Positions 37,201 to 50,885 of a stretch of 64,000 nucleotides of DNA are shown here, piece after piece. The stretch is from contig OZ316896.1 in NCBI GenBank assembly GCA_973895155.1, positions 23,331,722 through 23,395,721 on the forward strand, written 5' to 3'. This DNA comes from Marsupella aquatica (lineage: Eukaryota; Plantae; Marchantiophyta). The translations under genes and the position numbers were made by a program. How positions within the stretch are numbered: the stretch's first letter is position 1; each line of letters starts with the position of its first letter. The notes under the pieces were generated by a model that had not been told where the DNA came from, ran no database searches, and saw only the letters and a list, made by a program, of their open reading frames with translations.

Positions 37201-38926
37201 TGTTCAGCCACACTAATCTTTCCTGGATAAGGATCTCCTTCACTCGTAGCAATCGTGTGTGTCGTCTGCTCGGGGGTAAGCACAGGCCCACCGCCGATGC
37301 ATGGTCAACAGCCTCTGAGAGAGTAAAGCGAAGATCAAATGTCCTAAAGCCATTGGCCTGAAACATGTGTACATTCCTACTCTGCCATAAAGACCAAAGG
37401 ATCTGATAGAGAATAAATAGTTTGGCTACTGTGTTAGGGTCCTTCGCTGCTGTGAGAATAAGTAGATCTAGTAGTTTATCCGAGTAATCCGTAAAGGTCC
37501 CTGAAAAACAAGTGGCAGCAAGTGACCAACATCTCTTGGCATGAGCGCACTGTGCAAAAAGATGGGGGATAGTTTCTATTTCTCCACTGCACAGTTTACA
37601 GTGCCCTTCTCCTTTATCAATGCGTCTTGCTCGAACACCGGTAAAGAGACCCTAAAGCTCCTCACAACATTTGACCACTTCTATAAGAATTTGTGCAGGG
37701 TCAGTTATCTCCCGGCCATCGGCCACTACCAGTCTGACCATAGCCTCGCGTGTGCGTTTAGCCTTGGTAGTAGCGAAATAGAATTTTGATGGTTCATCTC
37801 CTTCTCCAAGCCATCTCACCCTCGCCAGCCTTCTGCTATAGTGTGCTTCTTCCAATTCTGCCGCATGTAGTGCATCTTCTGCATCCACATAATCACGCAG
37901 GTCCCCTTCAGTGTGTTCCTCAAGTATTGCTATCTTTAGTGTTCGAAGCTCACTACGCAGTGACGCCATTGCTACAGTCCGCTCCATGGGTGAAGCCTGA
38001 AGCTTAATATAGGACTTCCGGAGTGACTCATGTGCTCTTCAAAATGCAAGTAAGGGGTCCGCTTGCCCGTCCGTCCCAGTCCTCCACGCTTGCTCCAGCG
38101 CCCGAATGTTTTCCTTGTTTCTTACCACCTCCGGATTGGCCTTAAAAAGTGACACTCTTTCTCCCAAGTTCTCCCCGTTCTCCGATTCAACCAACCTAAT
38201 AGTCATCACTACCGGATCGTGATCCGACAATGCAGATCCACCATCGTGCCAGAGCTCCCTTACTTCCGTAGTCCAGTCACCTTGCTCACTGAGATAGAAG
38301 CGGTCCAAGCGCGATTGAACCAGGGCACCATTTCTATTTCTGCGCCAAGTGTAACGAGCACCCCTTCTTAGTCCTGCCATCGCAAACGCATCCACCAAGT
38401 TGAATCTCACCTTTAGAAATCTCCAAAATTCTGCTTCCCGTCCCTTAATCAGCGGCGTACTACCAATAGAATCATCTCTCAATTCTGTCATATTAAAGTC
38501 TCCACAAATAATCCAGTTCCCCTGTGGCAACATTAGTTTAAGGTCATGCCAGAGAGTGGTCCGAAGCCTGGAAGAATTCGGGGCATAAATACTCACAATT
38601 CCAAATTGAATCTCTCCCCACCTCACAATCGCCCACACTGCTTTGCCCAGATCCGCCCGCCCCGAATCTATAACCTTCAAGTCCGGGTGGATGAGCAGCG
38701 CCGATCCCCCACGTCCATCATCAGCTTCAGCAGTAACATGCTGATAGGATGGCAGGATAGCTCTCAATGCAATATCCATTCTGAATTTATCCGCCTTGAT
38801 TTCTTGTAGAGCCAATATATCAAGCCGCTCCTTACCCACTGTCACCCAGTTTTTCACCATTGTCTTCCTGTTAGGCTCGCACAGCCCACAGACGTTCCAA
38901 GAAGCAATACGCACATTGTGAGCCAT
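34271..38926 (-). pseudogene. L1-type LINE ORF2 (APE, RT, zf-RVT), disrupted and carrying a nested insertion
   Basis: SWNVCGL/LQEIK/GDFN/SDHDP (38039..38926); RT motifs (35666..36922); CKLC...HLFMQC (34271..34804). Element 3' end near 34098. Confidence 0.93.
36950..37655 (-). mobile_element. 5'-truncated LINE (~706 bp) inserted into the host LINE ORF2, 17-bp TSD
   Basis: AGCTCCTCACAACATTT at 36933-36949 and 37656-37672; the insert encodes an ORF2 C-terminus (FDLRFTLSEAVDHASAVG) plus 3' UTR. Confidence 0.9.
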
Positions 38927-38963
38927 AATCTTACCAGCTCAGCTCCCTCCCCACTCCACCATC

Positions 38964-41013
38964 TTAGATACGCATCCTGCCCCCCGGGGAAAGGCCGCTC
39001 ATCGCACCTCCCACGGTGCCTCCTACACGGTCAGCAGCCAGCCTTATAGGCGTCACCTCCTCTGCCTCTACCATCTGTGTAATAGGAATTCGAATTGCAG
39101 AGGAATGCACCTGTGTTGCACTCACCAAACCCTCCATTGGGACCACGCTTTCGTCTTCTTGGATCTCCACACTATCCTTACCAGCCAGCGTATCTCCCTC
39201 AATCCCTGCAATCACCACAGACTCTTGTGAGAACTGTATAGAGCGTTGTTTTTTGGATTCTTGCACGACTCTATCCTTCTTAGCCACTGGTGGTGTTCTC
39301 TTGTCAATTTTCCTGGCTTGTTCTTTCCCTTTACTAGAGATGTAAGATTCATATTCTGATAATTCCATATCAGTGTCACCGTGGTAGGAGTAGGCGTCAG
39401 GTTCCACACTCCCGGCAGGTGAATCAGAGTACCTGAGCCACGATAACAGCATCCACACCTCCAGGGGCAAAGCTCAGAGCCTCCGCGTTGAGCTGGTTAG
39501 GCAACAGCTGAGCAGGTGCACGAATCAAAGTCTCCTCAGGCCTCGGGCTGCTCACTCGCTCCGATGAGGCCAGTCCGAGCACCGATTCTCCCAGATTTTC
39601 AGCCGCCTCGCCACCTTGCAGCTGGACGTGGATACGATCAGCGCTGTCTCCCAGTTGTTCCTTTAAATTCTCCCTGGCATCAATATCCAAAACCACCCTT
39701 GCATCCTCGGTCATTACAGTCGGGATCACCCCGGTTTGAGCTCTCAAATTAGCTGCATGTTGTGCTCTCAACACCTCCTCCGGATCACCCTCTGCTTTGT
39801 CATCCTTTTCCTCCGGTGGATCCACTCCCTCCCGCCCTTCCCGAGCAACTGAACGGGGAGGATCCAATCCCTCCTGACAATCCCTCGCAAGGTGACCTTT
39901 CTTGTTACATTTAAAGCAATGATAATATTTTTAAAGAGAATCGACTGCCAGATATGAAATACTCTCCGTAATGCACACCTTTGCATTGCAAGGTACTTCT
40001 CTCTCAGTATCCCATAAAATACAGGCCCTGTCAGGGGGGAAGGAGATATATTCATCCCCTTGGATATAATGAAGAACCTTCCCCAGAGACTCAGCAATTT
40101 TAACTCGACACCCTTCGAGCACCAGACCCCTGAAAGGGAGCTCAATCCACACCGGCAATTTAGTATACCTTTCAGAGCGAATATCGAATGAGGGGTCCCA
40201 AGGGAAGGTAAATACAAACTTGCGATCCAGAAACCATGGAGCCGATGTGAGTGCCCAGTCTCTGTGATCCGCATTCTCAAATACTACCAAATAGTAGTTT
40301 TTCCCAACAAATTTTACTTGTGCTACCGGCCAGTTCCTCTCCTCGACCATATATGTAGCCACCCAATCACGAAATGTGGGAAGCATTGGGGTACGATCTG
40401 TAAAGAAACACATCAATCCGCAGTTATAAAGTTGTTTGACATTGCTCGCAGCCTCCTCTAGACTCCATTGCACCTGTGTATACAGTTTGGTGCTCCACTC
40501 CCCCTTTGAATTATCAGCAATTTCCCTGAGAATGCTAATACATTCCGCAGAGACAGCCTCCGGTTCGCTGTCCTCCTGTGCAGCCCTTAGCGTTCCCGTT
40601 GCTCCCCCATGAGGAACACCACTCTGAGTTCTCAATTCCCCTGTCCCTCTTTCTAGACCCACAACCGGGGCCAGTTCAGCCTGTCGCACAATATTCCCCT
40701 GTGCCTGGCTTCTACCCGCACCTGAGCTGTATCTAGAATTCTGGTAATAACGGTGGTTCTCAATTGCAGGGGTTGAAGTCAAATCAAATGGGGGCTGCAT
40801 TACTTGTGGCCGATGGCAAAATGTGGATGCCCCAGGGCCACGGCCACCACCCCGAAAAGGGAAGCTACGGGAGTCTTGTCGACTGAAATTCTCCTGTCCA
40901 GGCAGTCCAGCCGAAGATGGGGATTGCCCCTTATTCCCAAGAGATCCACGGGATCCAATTGCTTCATCCCTGCTGCCCCACTCCGTCTCTCGATTCCATC
41001 CAGTTCCTGCCAT
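38964..41013 (-). pseudogene. L1-type LINE ORF1 (DUF4283-like plus CCHC), frameshifted; homologous to 22890-24790
   Basis: SAPWFLDRKFVFTFPWDPSF...VWIELP; CFKCNKKGHLARDC near 39920. Confidence 0.85.
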
Positions 41014-43349
41014 TTGGTATCCTTAGTTCTCACGGTGGAATTCACAATTCAGTGGGTGTTGTTTCTTACCTTCAGGCCAATTCTCCGCTTTCACTCTCAG
41101 TTGCCAGATGTGCTCACTGAGCGTCAGCAACCATGTGTATAGCTTTGACTTGCCCTCCTCTCTTCAGACTTACCAATCTGCTTCAATGTTGTGGAATACG
41201 TCTGCGACCAAGCCAAAGTTCCCCACCACCTCACTCGCAACACTAACACCCCATTTCCTGGTGGATCACTCCCCGGTCCTCAGTCATTGCTTGAGAGTTC
41301 CAATCCTATCGACAACGGTTCCTTCAGGTCGCCATAATAGAAATCCTCTACTATCCAACCTCTCACGTTCTCCGAGGCCCACCGTCGGTTGATCCCATTT
41401 CAAGAACTCATTAACCTATTAACTCTATCCTGAGTGCTTATCGTCCGCCTAATCCCTCTATACCTCACCTTCTCCTCCTTTCGCTTCCCTATAACCTCAG
41501 TTGTCTGATTAATCTCTCCCTCGTTGCTTCTCCTCCAGTTTCGCTCCGCCGCTATCGAGGATCACCATAACACTTGGTGAACACGATTATCCTAAACCCT
41601 GAACCCTGATTTCGCTGCCTCCAGTTGTTGCTTAAGCCGGTCAATGTCCGCAACCTCTAAAATCAGTCCTTTACCTCGGCCTCGACCATACACATCCTAA
41701 ATAGGGTCGTTGGATAGCGGTGCCTCCCCCCGTCCAGGAGGAAAACACTAAAGCTCGCAGACAACCAGGATCCTAGACCCCCTCACACAACATGAAACTA
41801 GGTCACGTACTATGAGCTCCGCTAGCTCCGTCAGTTCTTCAGCTCCGTCAGTTCTTCCTGTTCAACTCTAAAACTCAGTCAACAACTTGTAACAAAAATG
41901 ACACCAACAACCTAGGAGTCACAAAATATGGAAGGTCTCAAGCGAGTCACTTAAGGCAGGGTCTCAGAATGGCCCGGTTTCTTCTAGTGACAGAGTACTA
42001 AATGATTGTATGCACATTCAGTTGCATAGACGATGATATATGCTTTGACCAGAAGTCAGTCAATCTCCGACCATTCATGAAGTCTCTGCAACCGAATGAT
42101 GACCAAGACAAAGTGCTTTGAACTTTATATTGCATAATCGTTACTTGCATTTTCAGGTGTTGGCATTTTTCTGAGCAGCGTTGACACGAGTGTACTTATA
42201 TTGACACTGGACTTCACGACTGGTTTTCTACAAGTGTTAATACTGAGCGTAGGTCTTGTTTAACATAATATTCCAGGAGACGCTTCTCGAAAGAGTTTGC
42301 ATATAAAATACAACTTAGTTACAGTTCACCTGCTTATGGTTTCGGCTACATCTCAAGCAAGATCACTTCATCTATAAATTCCCAATGTGATAACTATATG
42401 ATCTTTTGTGGAACAAAGATCCACCTCGCAGCAAAATTTCTCCACCCTCCTCCTCGACCTCCCATAGTCTTCTCTATATCCCTCGAGATCAAGACTGGAA
42501 ATACATAGATCGAAGAAATATCAAGGACATGGTCATATCGGAAGTTCGGACCAATCCGTACATGGTTGAGTGCAATGCTTAAGTCGGCTACAATCAGTAT
42601 GGAAGGTATCTGAGTTCTTTGTGTGTGCGACATTTGAGTTCTGATTTGAGACTGCCCATTCAATTCCAGGAGTTAGTCAGAGAGTGCTGGTTAGTCGGGT
42701 GGAGTGTGGCAGTCTGAAAAGTTCCTCACTTGATTTGAGTTTTCAAGCCAAATGGGTACATTTCGGTGGCAAAATCCAAACATACCAGAGTAAGTAAAAA
42801 ATGATTACCCCGAGGATTACTGTAGTTGTTACCACCATATTCATAACCCCCAACCTAGAAACCTTCGAGGTAAATGTAGTAAAAAGTGTGATTCTCGATC
42901 ACTCAGCTCATAGTTAATGACATAGAGCAACCCTATTCCAACTGGAAGAGGCCTGTTCCCGGTGTTTTCCTTTTGACCAAGAAAATTGCACCACAACATA
43001 TGAACTAGATTTTGCTTTAACCATGACATAAGTATCACCCTTGACAAGACTTCCTTTCCCCCGCAAGACTTTTTTTTCCTCTTGGCCTGATGACAATTTT
43101 GTGCCTCTATGCCACACTTGCATTTCTTTGCCTCACCTTTGCATTTTTGTGCCATGCATGAGTATTGTCACACCAATGACACCATAGCTTCAATAATTGC
43201 ATGGTGAGAATAACGTCATACAAAACATCGGCATTGGGTTGTCAAGCACATGGCCTCACATTTGTATTTATTAAACATCTAACGCAATCTACCTTCATTG
43301 ACTTCTATTGTGATATTTTCTGTATACTGAATTTGCACACCCGATAACA

Positions 43350-43600
43350 TCATCGCAATGGACGCATGGCCATAACAACACCATGGTCACAACAACTGCA
43401 TGGATGAGAAAACAACATGGCTGCAATGACTGCATGACCACAATGACCCCATGGCTGCAACAATAACATGACTACAAGAACCACATGGCCAACAACAACA
43501 TAGCCACAACAATAATTGAATGTGCAGGCCCAGGCATTAGAACAACCACTTGGCTGCAATGGCCGCATGACCGTGATGCCAACATGGCACACTGACATAT
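43350..43600. repeat. Degenerate low-complexity tandem repeat (CAATGACCGCATGGC-like units)
   Basis: Recurrent CATGG/CAACAA/CAATGAC motifs. Confidence 0.6.
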
Positions 43601-45541
43601 TAGATGCCTCAATTGCTGTAGCTTTCTGACCCCAAGCAGGGGTCCAATTACTTATTTTCTCCCTTGGTAGCCCTTGTCACCCACTTTGAAACACACCTAT
43701 TAGCTCCTTGCAATCACTTATGGATCTCAGATATGGTCCCTTACAGATCTCAACCATGGGGTTTAAATGGCCAAAAGACAGTTTGAAAGATTAAATACAA
43801 AGATGAAATTTGATTCCCCCAATTCAAACGCCCACCAAAGTTGTCATATTCCAAATGCCACCATGACTTCTCATTCCCCCCATCTCATGGTTATTTATTC
43901 CCCCCTCTCCAGCCACCTGTGATTTGGCAGTTTGGGCCATTCCCACCACTTTTCATATCCCGGCCCCCTCTACCAGACTATCTTTATCTCCTTGAAACCT
44001 CCAAGCCAGTAATTACCTCCCTCCCAAGTAGTTTGGCAATGTCTTGAGCCTATTTTATTATCCTTTTCCTCCACATTAGAGCACATTTTATAAAAATTTG
44101 GTTTAATTTTTTTGTCTGTTATCATGTAAGGATTGTCTAGTAATTTCTAGTCAATCTACCAGTCAAGATCCAGGATAGCTTTTAGAGGATGCAAAATTTA
44201 ATTGATTCAGGATAGGATCCTGACAAGTTTAGAAGACGCAAAATCTATTTGTTTCTTGACATTAAAAAATATGAATATGAGCTGTGGACTAGTACTGGAT
44301 TACATTGCTTGCCATTTTAGAATGAAAGTGGACCAATGTGTTTAGTTTAGAAGTTGAGAAAGATTTCAACTAACAACAAGTAGGAGCTCCAGCATAGGTG
44401 TGCATCTCAGGTACAGGGCATTTCCAACCCTTACTGAAAGGTCTTTACACTAACTGGGTAAGGCTTACCCTAATGACTTATTAGACAAGCAGCAAAACAT
44501 TAAAATTCTCACACAAGCCAATATTTTACACATGAAGTCATGCTACATGATTCTCACAGTGGATCAATGAATATCAATGATTGAGAATGAATCCTTCTCT
44601 TGTTTCATTATCTTAATTGTTATCCAAGTTTGAATCTTGCGCTAAAGACTATGTGTTATCTGAGCATGTTAACAAGGCCCTTTCTTCATAGTCATTTATC
44701 AAGTGCTTTCAGCTGTCTCACGAGTGATATGGCACATTCCACAAATTCTAGCATTGATAAGAAATTCATTAGAAAGATCTGACGGATGTGAATGGGTGAA
44801 GTGAATTTTTTCAGAATTTTCTAGATTTGCAAGAGTCTCTAACTGGACCTAAAGAAGGGCGCTTTTTCACCTGGCTTGGATGGGCCTAACACCAATATAA
44901 TTTGAAATTCTGCACATCTTTCCTGGTACAATAAGAGCTTGATTGTATTTCTGCAAAAGTGGTATTCCACAGGAGTTAGAAGTGCGAATATGATACAATT
45001 ACTCCGTAAATGATATCATCTAAGGAAGCAAATTATTTGCTACCTTTCGATGTTTGAATCTACCTCGGTTACGCGCATCTTTGCCAACTCCTTTGGTGAT
45101 GACCGAGGAGCCCGTCTGCATAAGAATACGAACCTTTGGTATACAACTGGTCTGTTTGGCATAGACTGTAGTATGGAGGATTTTGCGAGCAGACTGGCCA
45201 GGAATTTTAAGGTGGTGAATCGCGGCATGTTTAATTGATCGACTGCGGATCAGGAGGCCTTACACCGCGGTTGCGGGATTTGGGATTGCATTTTGGTAAT
45301 ATAGGGTGTGGTGGATGGTGAGTTTCACGGCCTTGTACCGTAGTTTTCACCCTTGTGGTGCTCTTTCCTCTGTCGCTTCCTCTGTTGCTACGATTTGTGT
45401 CAACCGAAGGTTTCGTTTCTGCTTGTGATTGGACTTTGTGCTTTCTTTGTTATGACTTTGCGTTTGTGGCTGTCTATGCTTGTTTTGATAGCATAGAACT
45501 TAAGGAAGCGAATTGTCTTATTGTTCAGCCTGCAAGATTCA

Positions 45542-47639
45542 ATGGCGGGTTCTCAAGAAGACAGTATTCTGGACCTGCTTCGACCTACCATTCTTGACCA
45601 AGCAGATCTACGATACATTGCTGCGCAACTAGACTTCCACAAGGTCTCAGTACCTGCGTTGCTGATGTTTTCAGAGGACAGACTCGAACGCCTCATTGAT
45701 AAACTGTGTCCAGACGCATCTGAGGGAGCAAAATGTGGAGTCGAGGCGGCAGTTCTGCTTCGAAAGGAAAGCTCTACGCATGGTAATTCCAACAGAATTT
45801 CACAGCAATATATTTCGTCTCAGTGTCTTCTGGTTCTGGTTTGATTTTTCGTTGAGTTTATTCCTCAGAACTCGCCTAATTGGCTGCACCTAATTTGTTT
45901 TCTTTGCCGAAAAGTGATCAAGATATAGGGCATCATCGACAGCAGCTGTCGCTCTTGCTCTGGCATTTGTTTGGAAAGTACTGTTGCAATAACAGGTGTC
46001 CTGTGTCTTCCTGCTTTGCCGAACCGATAAAGCATTTGTGCCGGAATCGTGCCAAATTTGTAGACTCCTTGCTCGAGTGATTATTGGATGACTTTCCTGT
46101 TTTTCTCTTCCTCTTCAACACTTCGTGATTGGTGTGTACGCAGAGGGAGCGCGACTTTCAAAGAAGGCAAAACTTTCAAAGAAGGCAAAAGCTAATATTG
46201 AAGCTAGAGAGCGCTATTTTGGGAAACTGTTGGAACCACCTCCGACGCTCCCACGAAGTGCCCATGAACTCTCGGAGTTTTTGTCCCAGACACCAGTACC
46301 GCTCCCAATTCGCGATCTTGTAATTTTCAAGAAAATATGCTCTTCTGAGCTGGTGGAGCTTGATATTCCCGCAGCGGCGAAAAACTTGGCATCCTTCTGC
46401 GACAGTGTGTTCGGACAGATAATGCGTCGTTGTCCAGGCAATGAGGCCACCAGCTCACATGAATTGGCTAATCTCACTGGAGAGTTCATCTCATTATTAA
46501 ATGAGGAGGCTCCAGCAAACGGAAAATTAAAAGGTTTGGTCTGGTTACTGGATTCACCCAATCCCCCGACTAGTACTGTAGCATCGCGACCACTAAAACC
46601 GCTATTAAGACCAGATTTTCAGCTGTTTGTGAGGGATTGTCTCATTCTCCGATGGGAGAATAACACAGACCCGGCACTTCGGCACGAGGCTGCGGTTGAG
46701 AACACCTCAAAATTAAAGGCATGGAGCCCTTTGTTCTATGCTAAGCTCCCTTATGTGATTGGTGGTGGCTCCGGTGGAAGGCAGTTTCAATGGCTGAAGC
46801 TCTATCCGCGAGGCAAGGAAATTGTTTCTGAAAGTATCTCACAACTCTATGACTTGAATATCTTGAGCGATGTAGCCAAGTTCCTACATAGCACCATTCG
46901 GATGCACTGTCTCCTACAGAAACTACAGGAAGAACTGGATAGTAACATCCCCTTGGCATTATATAAGCCAATAGCAAGAGGTGATGGTGGAGCAGTGACG
47001 ATCTATCCTGACTGCGTGACGAAGGAAATCCCACGATTGAAGAAAGATAAGGTGACCGCGATAAAATGCCTGTATGAAAAAATCGATGGTTCCAGGTACC
47101 TGATCCAACTTATATCCGCCCGACCATCCAGGGCTAAAACAGTATTGCGACTACAACCTGTTGGTGACCCATCTGCAAAGCCTAAGGATTGCAAGGATTT
47201 AGTAAATGCCACGCATGACATGTTATGCGGCCTTGCGGACTTGCACATGAAAGGCTACACCCACAGGGACATAAGGTGGCCCAACGTTATCAAAGTAAAT
47301 GATATGGGTGAATGGAAATGGGTGATCATAGACTTGGAAGCTGCTGGAGACGACAATGAAGTATGGGTTGGTGAGGACTTAACGGGTTGGGATGCGGAAA
47401 CGTTGGAAGAAGACAATGACAAAAGGAAAAGATACACCAAGGGATCGGACATGTACCAACTCGGGAAACTTATAGCTGAATGGCTCGATGACTTTTCTAT
47501 GGGCGGTAAGGAAGAACGTCAATTGATGAGATCCCGGGCAAAACAAATGCAGCAGGAACGTCCAGCAGCAGCGAAGATGCTTGAGGATATCTGCAAGAAA
47601 CGTTGCGAACGATGTCGCGTGTTTGGCACAAAGCTGTAG
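45542..47639 (+). CDS. Crinkler-like protein: small N-terminal helical domain, degenerate REase fold and atypical protein kinase; two exons (45542-45782, 46144-47639; ~578 aa)
   Basis: Phase-1 compatible GT...AG intron with a pyrimidine tract; RPDF...LRWENN, LPYVIG; LQPVG, LHMKGYTHRDIRWPNVI, IIDLE, SDMYQLG. Confidence 0.75.
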
Positions 47640-49010
47640 ACAGGATTCTGATACTCGTAGCAGTAACTCATTGGAAGGTGATCTGCTTTCCCTGAAATTC
47701 GTGTTCTTCCATATTTGTTGAGTTCTGTCAACTCGATTGCTGTTGATTGGCATCAACTGTCTCACCTTGGCAAAGAGGAGACTGCCCTATGTTTTTTCTT
47801 CTCCAAATCTTCATTGACAGACAGATGCAATAACAAAACCCAATTGTAGACTTCCGCAGGTTTCTGAAAGGAAGACCGGGAGTAAACTAAAGAGAGATAT
47901 CGAAGACTTTACCTGGTGAGTTAAGGCAACTCATAGAAGAAGTTTTTCTTTATGGCATATCTGAATTTCAGGACTTGTGAGTCTCAAAATTTATCAGTCC
48001 GGCCCTGTGTTAATGACAAAGGACCGTCCTGAGATTTGCGTTGGTTGCCGAATACTATCCATCGTTTGAAAGTTTGGCAGTTGAATGAGAGGGGGCTTCG
48101 TTTTTGCGTCATATGAACTACGTTTTAAAGGGCAGAATGTACAGAAGAATTTCATGTAGTGTAGTTCCGTATTTGTTTTGACAGCTCGGTCTGATTATTT
48201 CATAGTAGATTGCTGTCAGGTTTTGGAAAGGAAGAAGTGAAGGCACACGCAACCATGCCTCTCAGATCAATCTCTTTGAAGACCATTATTGGGTTTAAAT
48301 TGTCAGATTTCGTACATGATCTCACGACTTGCAGAGTGAGCGCGGCAGATATGTCAAAGATAGTTCAAAAGGATCTCACAATGAAAAAAAGTATCTAATT
48401 GGCAAACGATGTAGGTATGCAGTAGTTCCTATTTGGGGGAAACTCTAGTAGTTGTAGCTTATTCTGCTAACTTCCCACTCAGTTTCCGATGCAAAGGGAG
48501 GATCTCCTGTTCGTTGACGATTGGGCCGGCGTGTGAAATAGCTCAAACCCATACCAAAGAGAGAATAAAGCTACGCTTAACCGATTGATATTTTAAACTC
48601 TCCTGTGCCCTTCTTCGGTCCCGTGTGTCCTCATTCTTGATTGGGTCATTATTTGGCATCTTGTACTCTGTCCTTTCCGTTCCCAAGTGGCGGATTTTAG
48701 ACTTAAAAATCACTCTATTCGACAATAATCAACGGAGAATTTACTTCATCATCCCAAACTACTGAATGTCTTTGGACCTCGTTGCTACTGTAAGTGCAGA
48801 GAAGTATATTAAAGTATGCTTACATGTGGAGCATAGAATAAGCTTGACAACTTCCATATTAGCTCACTGTTTCCCCTTTCGCAGCTTACCCATCTCAAGA
48901 TGGAACTTTAAAAACTGTACCAGGACGTTCGCCTCGATGAGTTTCTACAGGCAGTGGTCCAGTTGACTACACAGATAATCTTGAACCTTTTGAAGGACTC
49001 ATGAAGACAA

Positions 49011-50095
49011 CTACTTCATTGTCCGATGATTGGGAAACGATTCACGGTAAGCTGCATCTTGATCCCTGGCTAGCTGACTAACAGTTGCATCCGTGACACG
49101 CCCATTCAGTAGCCTGCGAGCCAGCCTATCCTTCACCGTTGGTTTCTTTCGCAAGAGAGCGGTCAGCCCACCTCTTGGCTTTTCTGTACGAGAGTCAGCA
49201 TTGCCCCCTTCCCCTTCACCAAAAGCCCCACTAGGAGCCTCACCAAATTCTCCTAATCTAATTTGAGCAGTAGCTGCTTCTCTTAAGCAGGCCTCGTTGT
49301 GCTCTCTAGTTCTTTTCGCTCTATGTCTCCGTGCCAGTGCCTTGGCTTGTTCGTCCATCTTCCTAACGTTCCCTATCGCCTGCTCCGCTAGCTCGACCGG
49401 GTCTAAGCTTTGATGACCTGTAAGGATGCCAGTTTCATCAGATTCGTCACCACCAGTTCCTGTCAACTGTCTCGCATTTTCTGTCTGGGGTCCAATTGCT
49501 GACTGCGCGTGCTTTACTTCTTCAGGAATAATATTTCCTTTCCTCGTCTCGCGCTCTTATAGGCCCATGGAGTGGGCATTTTCGAAGATCTCTCCGTTGG
49601 CACAACCCTCCACTCCTCAAAGGAGCTCGACAAGGGCGAATTTCAACCTTTGGGGCTTTGTAGTACGATGCCCTTACGCTGATTTCCGCAATCTTCTCAG
49701 CAGGGATCATGACATCATAGTCAACCTTCCCCCAATGATTCTCATATTCCATCCCCCGTGAGTTGGCAGGGACGGCACTCTGACTGCCCCAAGTGTCCAG
49801 GAATGAGCCCCATGGCAACACCGGGGCTTCCTCCAGCAGATCTTGCTTGATACCCACTACGTCCATTTTCTCCGAATTGCTTTTGATTTCTTCACTCTCC
49901 ACTGTAGTCGTATAGCCGGAGCTGGGGGCGTCAGCAGACAGGCTGCTTTCAACTGGAGGACTATGTGGAACAACTCCTATGTCGGTCAATAGGTCTCCCT
50001 GTTCCCAAATTTTGACAACAAATTCCTCCCCAGTATCTCCCGCACCACTCCCCTCAATTCTCTGAATGCCCAGCCCCTTGCATTTGGCTCGAACT
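49011..50095 (-). pseudogene. UVSSA: UV-stimulated scaffold protein A C-terminal fragment with a +1 frameshift
   Basis: APVLPWGSFLDTWG, ENHWG, CRAPLRSGGLCQRRDLRKCPLHGPIRARDEE, VKDRLARRLL...FPN; frameshift near 49537; no N-terminal exons recognised. Confidence 0.8.
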
Positions 50096-50770
50096 TGCAG
50101 TTGTCATCCCTGAGTAACACTTTGTCTGCTTGGGTGTGTTATTGGCAGTGTATTTGAGATAATGTTCAGTACTACTTCTAAATGAATCGGGAAACCCTTT
50201 TCACCTGATTGGGAGGTGATGTGGGTCCTACAGAAGACTTTGTCTGCGTAATCTAGAAAGAGAGGATTCCTAACATTTGCAGTGCCGTGACCATTCGATT
50301 GAATGAATCCTTTAATTTCACCTGATGACCAAACTTCTTAAGAGCTATATTCTATGTGAGGCATCTTATGATGCTTTCGATGGGCTTAGAATAGAAGCAA
50401 TGGAGAAAATCTTAAATTCCTCAAAATTGTAAATCAGTCCCTGCTGTGCACGGTTCAATCACATCGTGGGATGACCCTCGTTAGGATCACGTGTGTTCGG
50501 TAGTTTGCCTTTTCCTTCCGACTCCCCCTAAGAACTCATTCGTACTGCTCGCAGATGCCAAGATTTCTACTACTAAAACTAGATTACACACGGGCGTACA
50601 CAATACATCAATCATGACACTCTACATAAATACCTCTTTTGTGCATTGTCATCTTTTGCACAACATCTTTTCCGTAATTGAAATCTTTTACATAACAACA
50701 TCTGTTACTAAACGACATGCTTTGGGCAATGACATCTTTTCACTTAATGACATCTTCTGTGGAATGGGTT

Positions 50771-50885
50771 CCCAACCTGATTGAGGGACATGAACTTGGG
50801 GATTGGTGATTGCTCTAAGCTGGACCTCCCCCAACCTGATTGAGGGACATGAACTTGGGGATTGGTGATTGCTCTAAGCTGGACC
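50771..50885. repeat. Perfect tandem duplication (56-bp unit, 59-bp period)
   Basis: CCCAACCTGATTGAGGG...CTAAGCTGGACC at 50771-50826 and 50830-50885. Confidence 0.95.

Noticed and set aside
42394-45238. Possible exons at 42394-42663 and 45040-45238
   Set aside because: No recognisable homology or consistent gene model.
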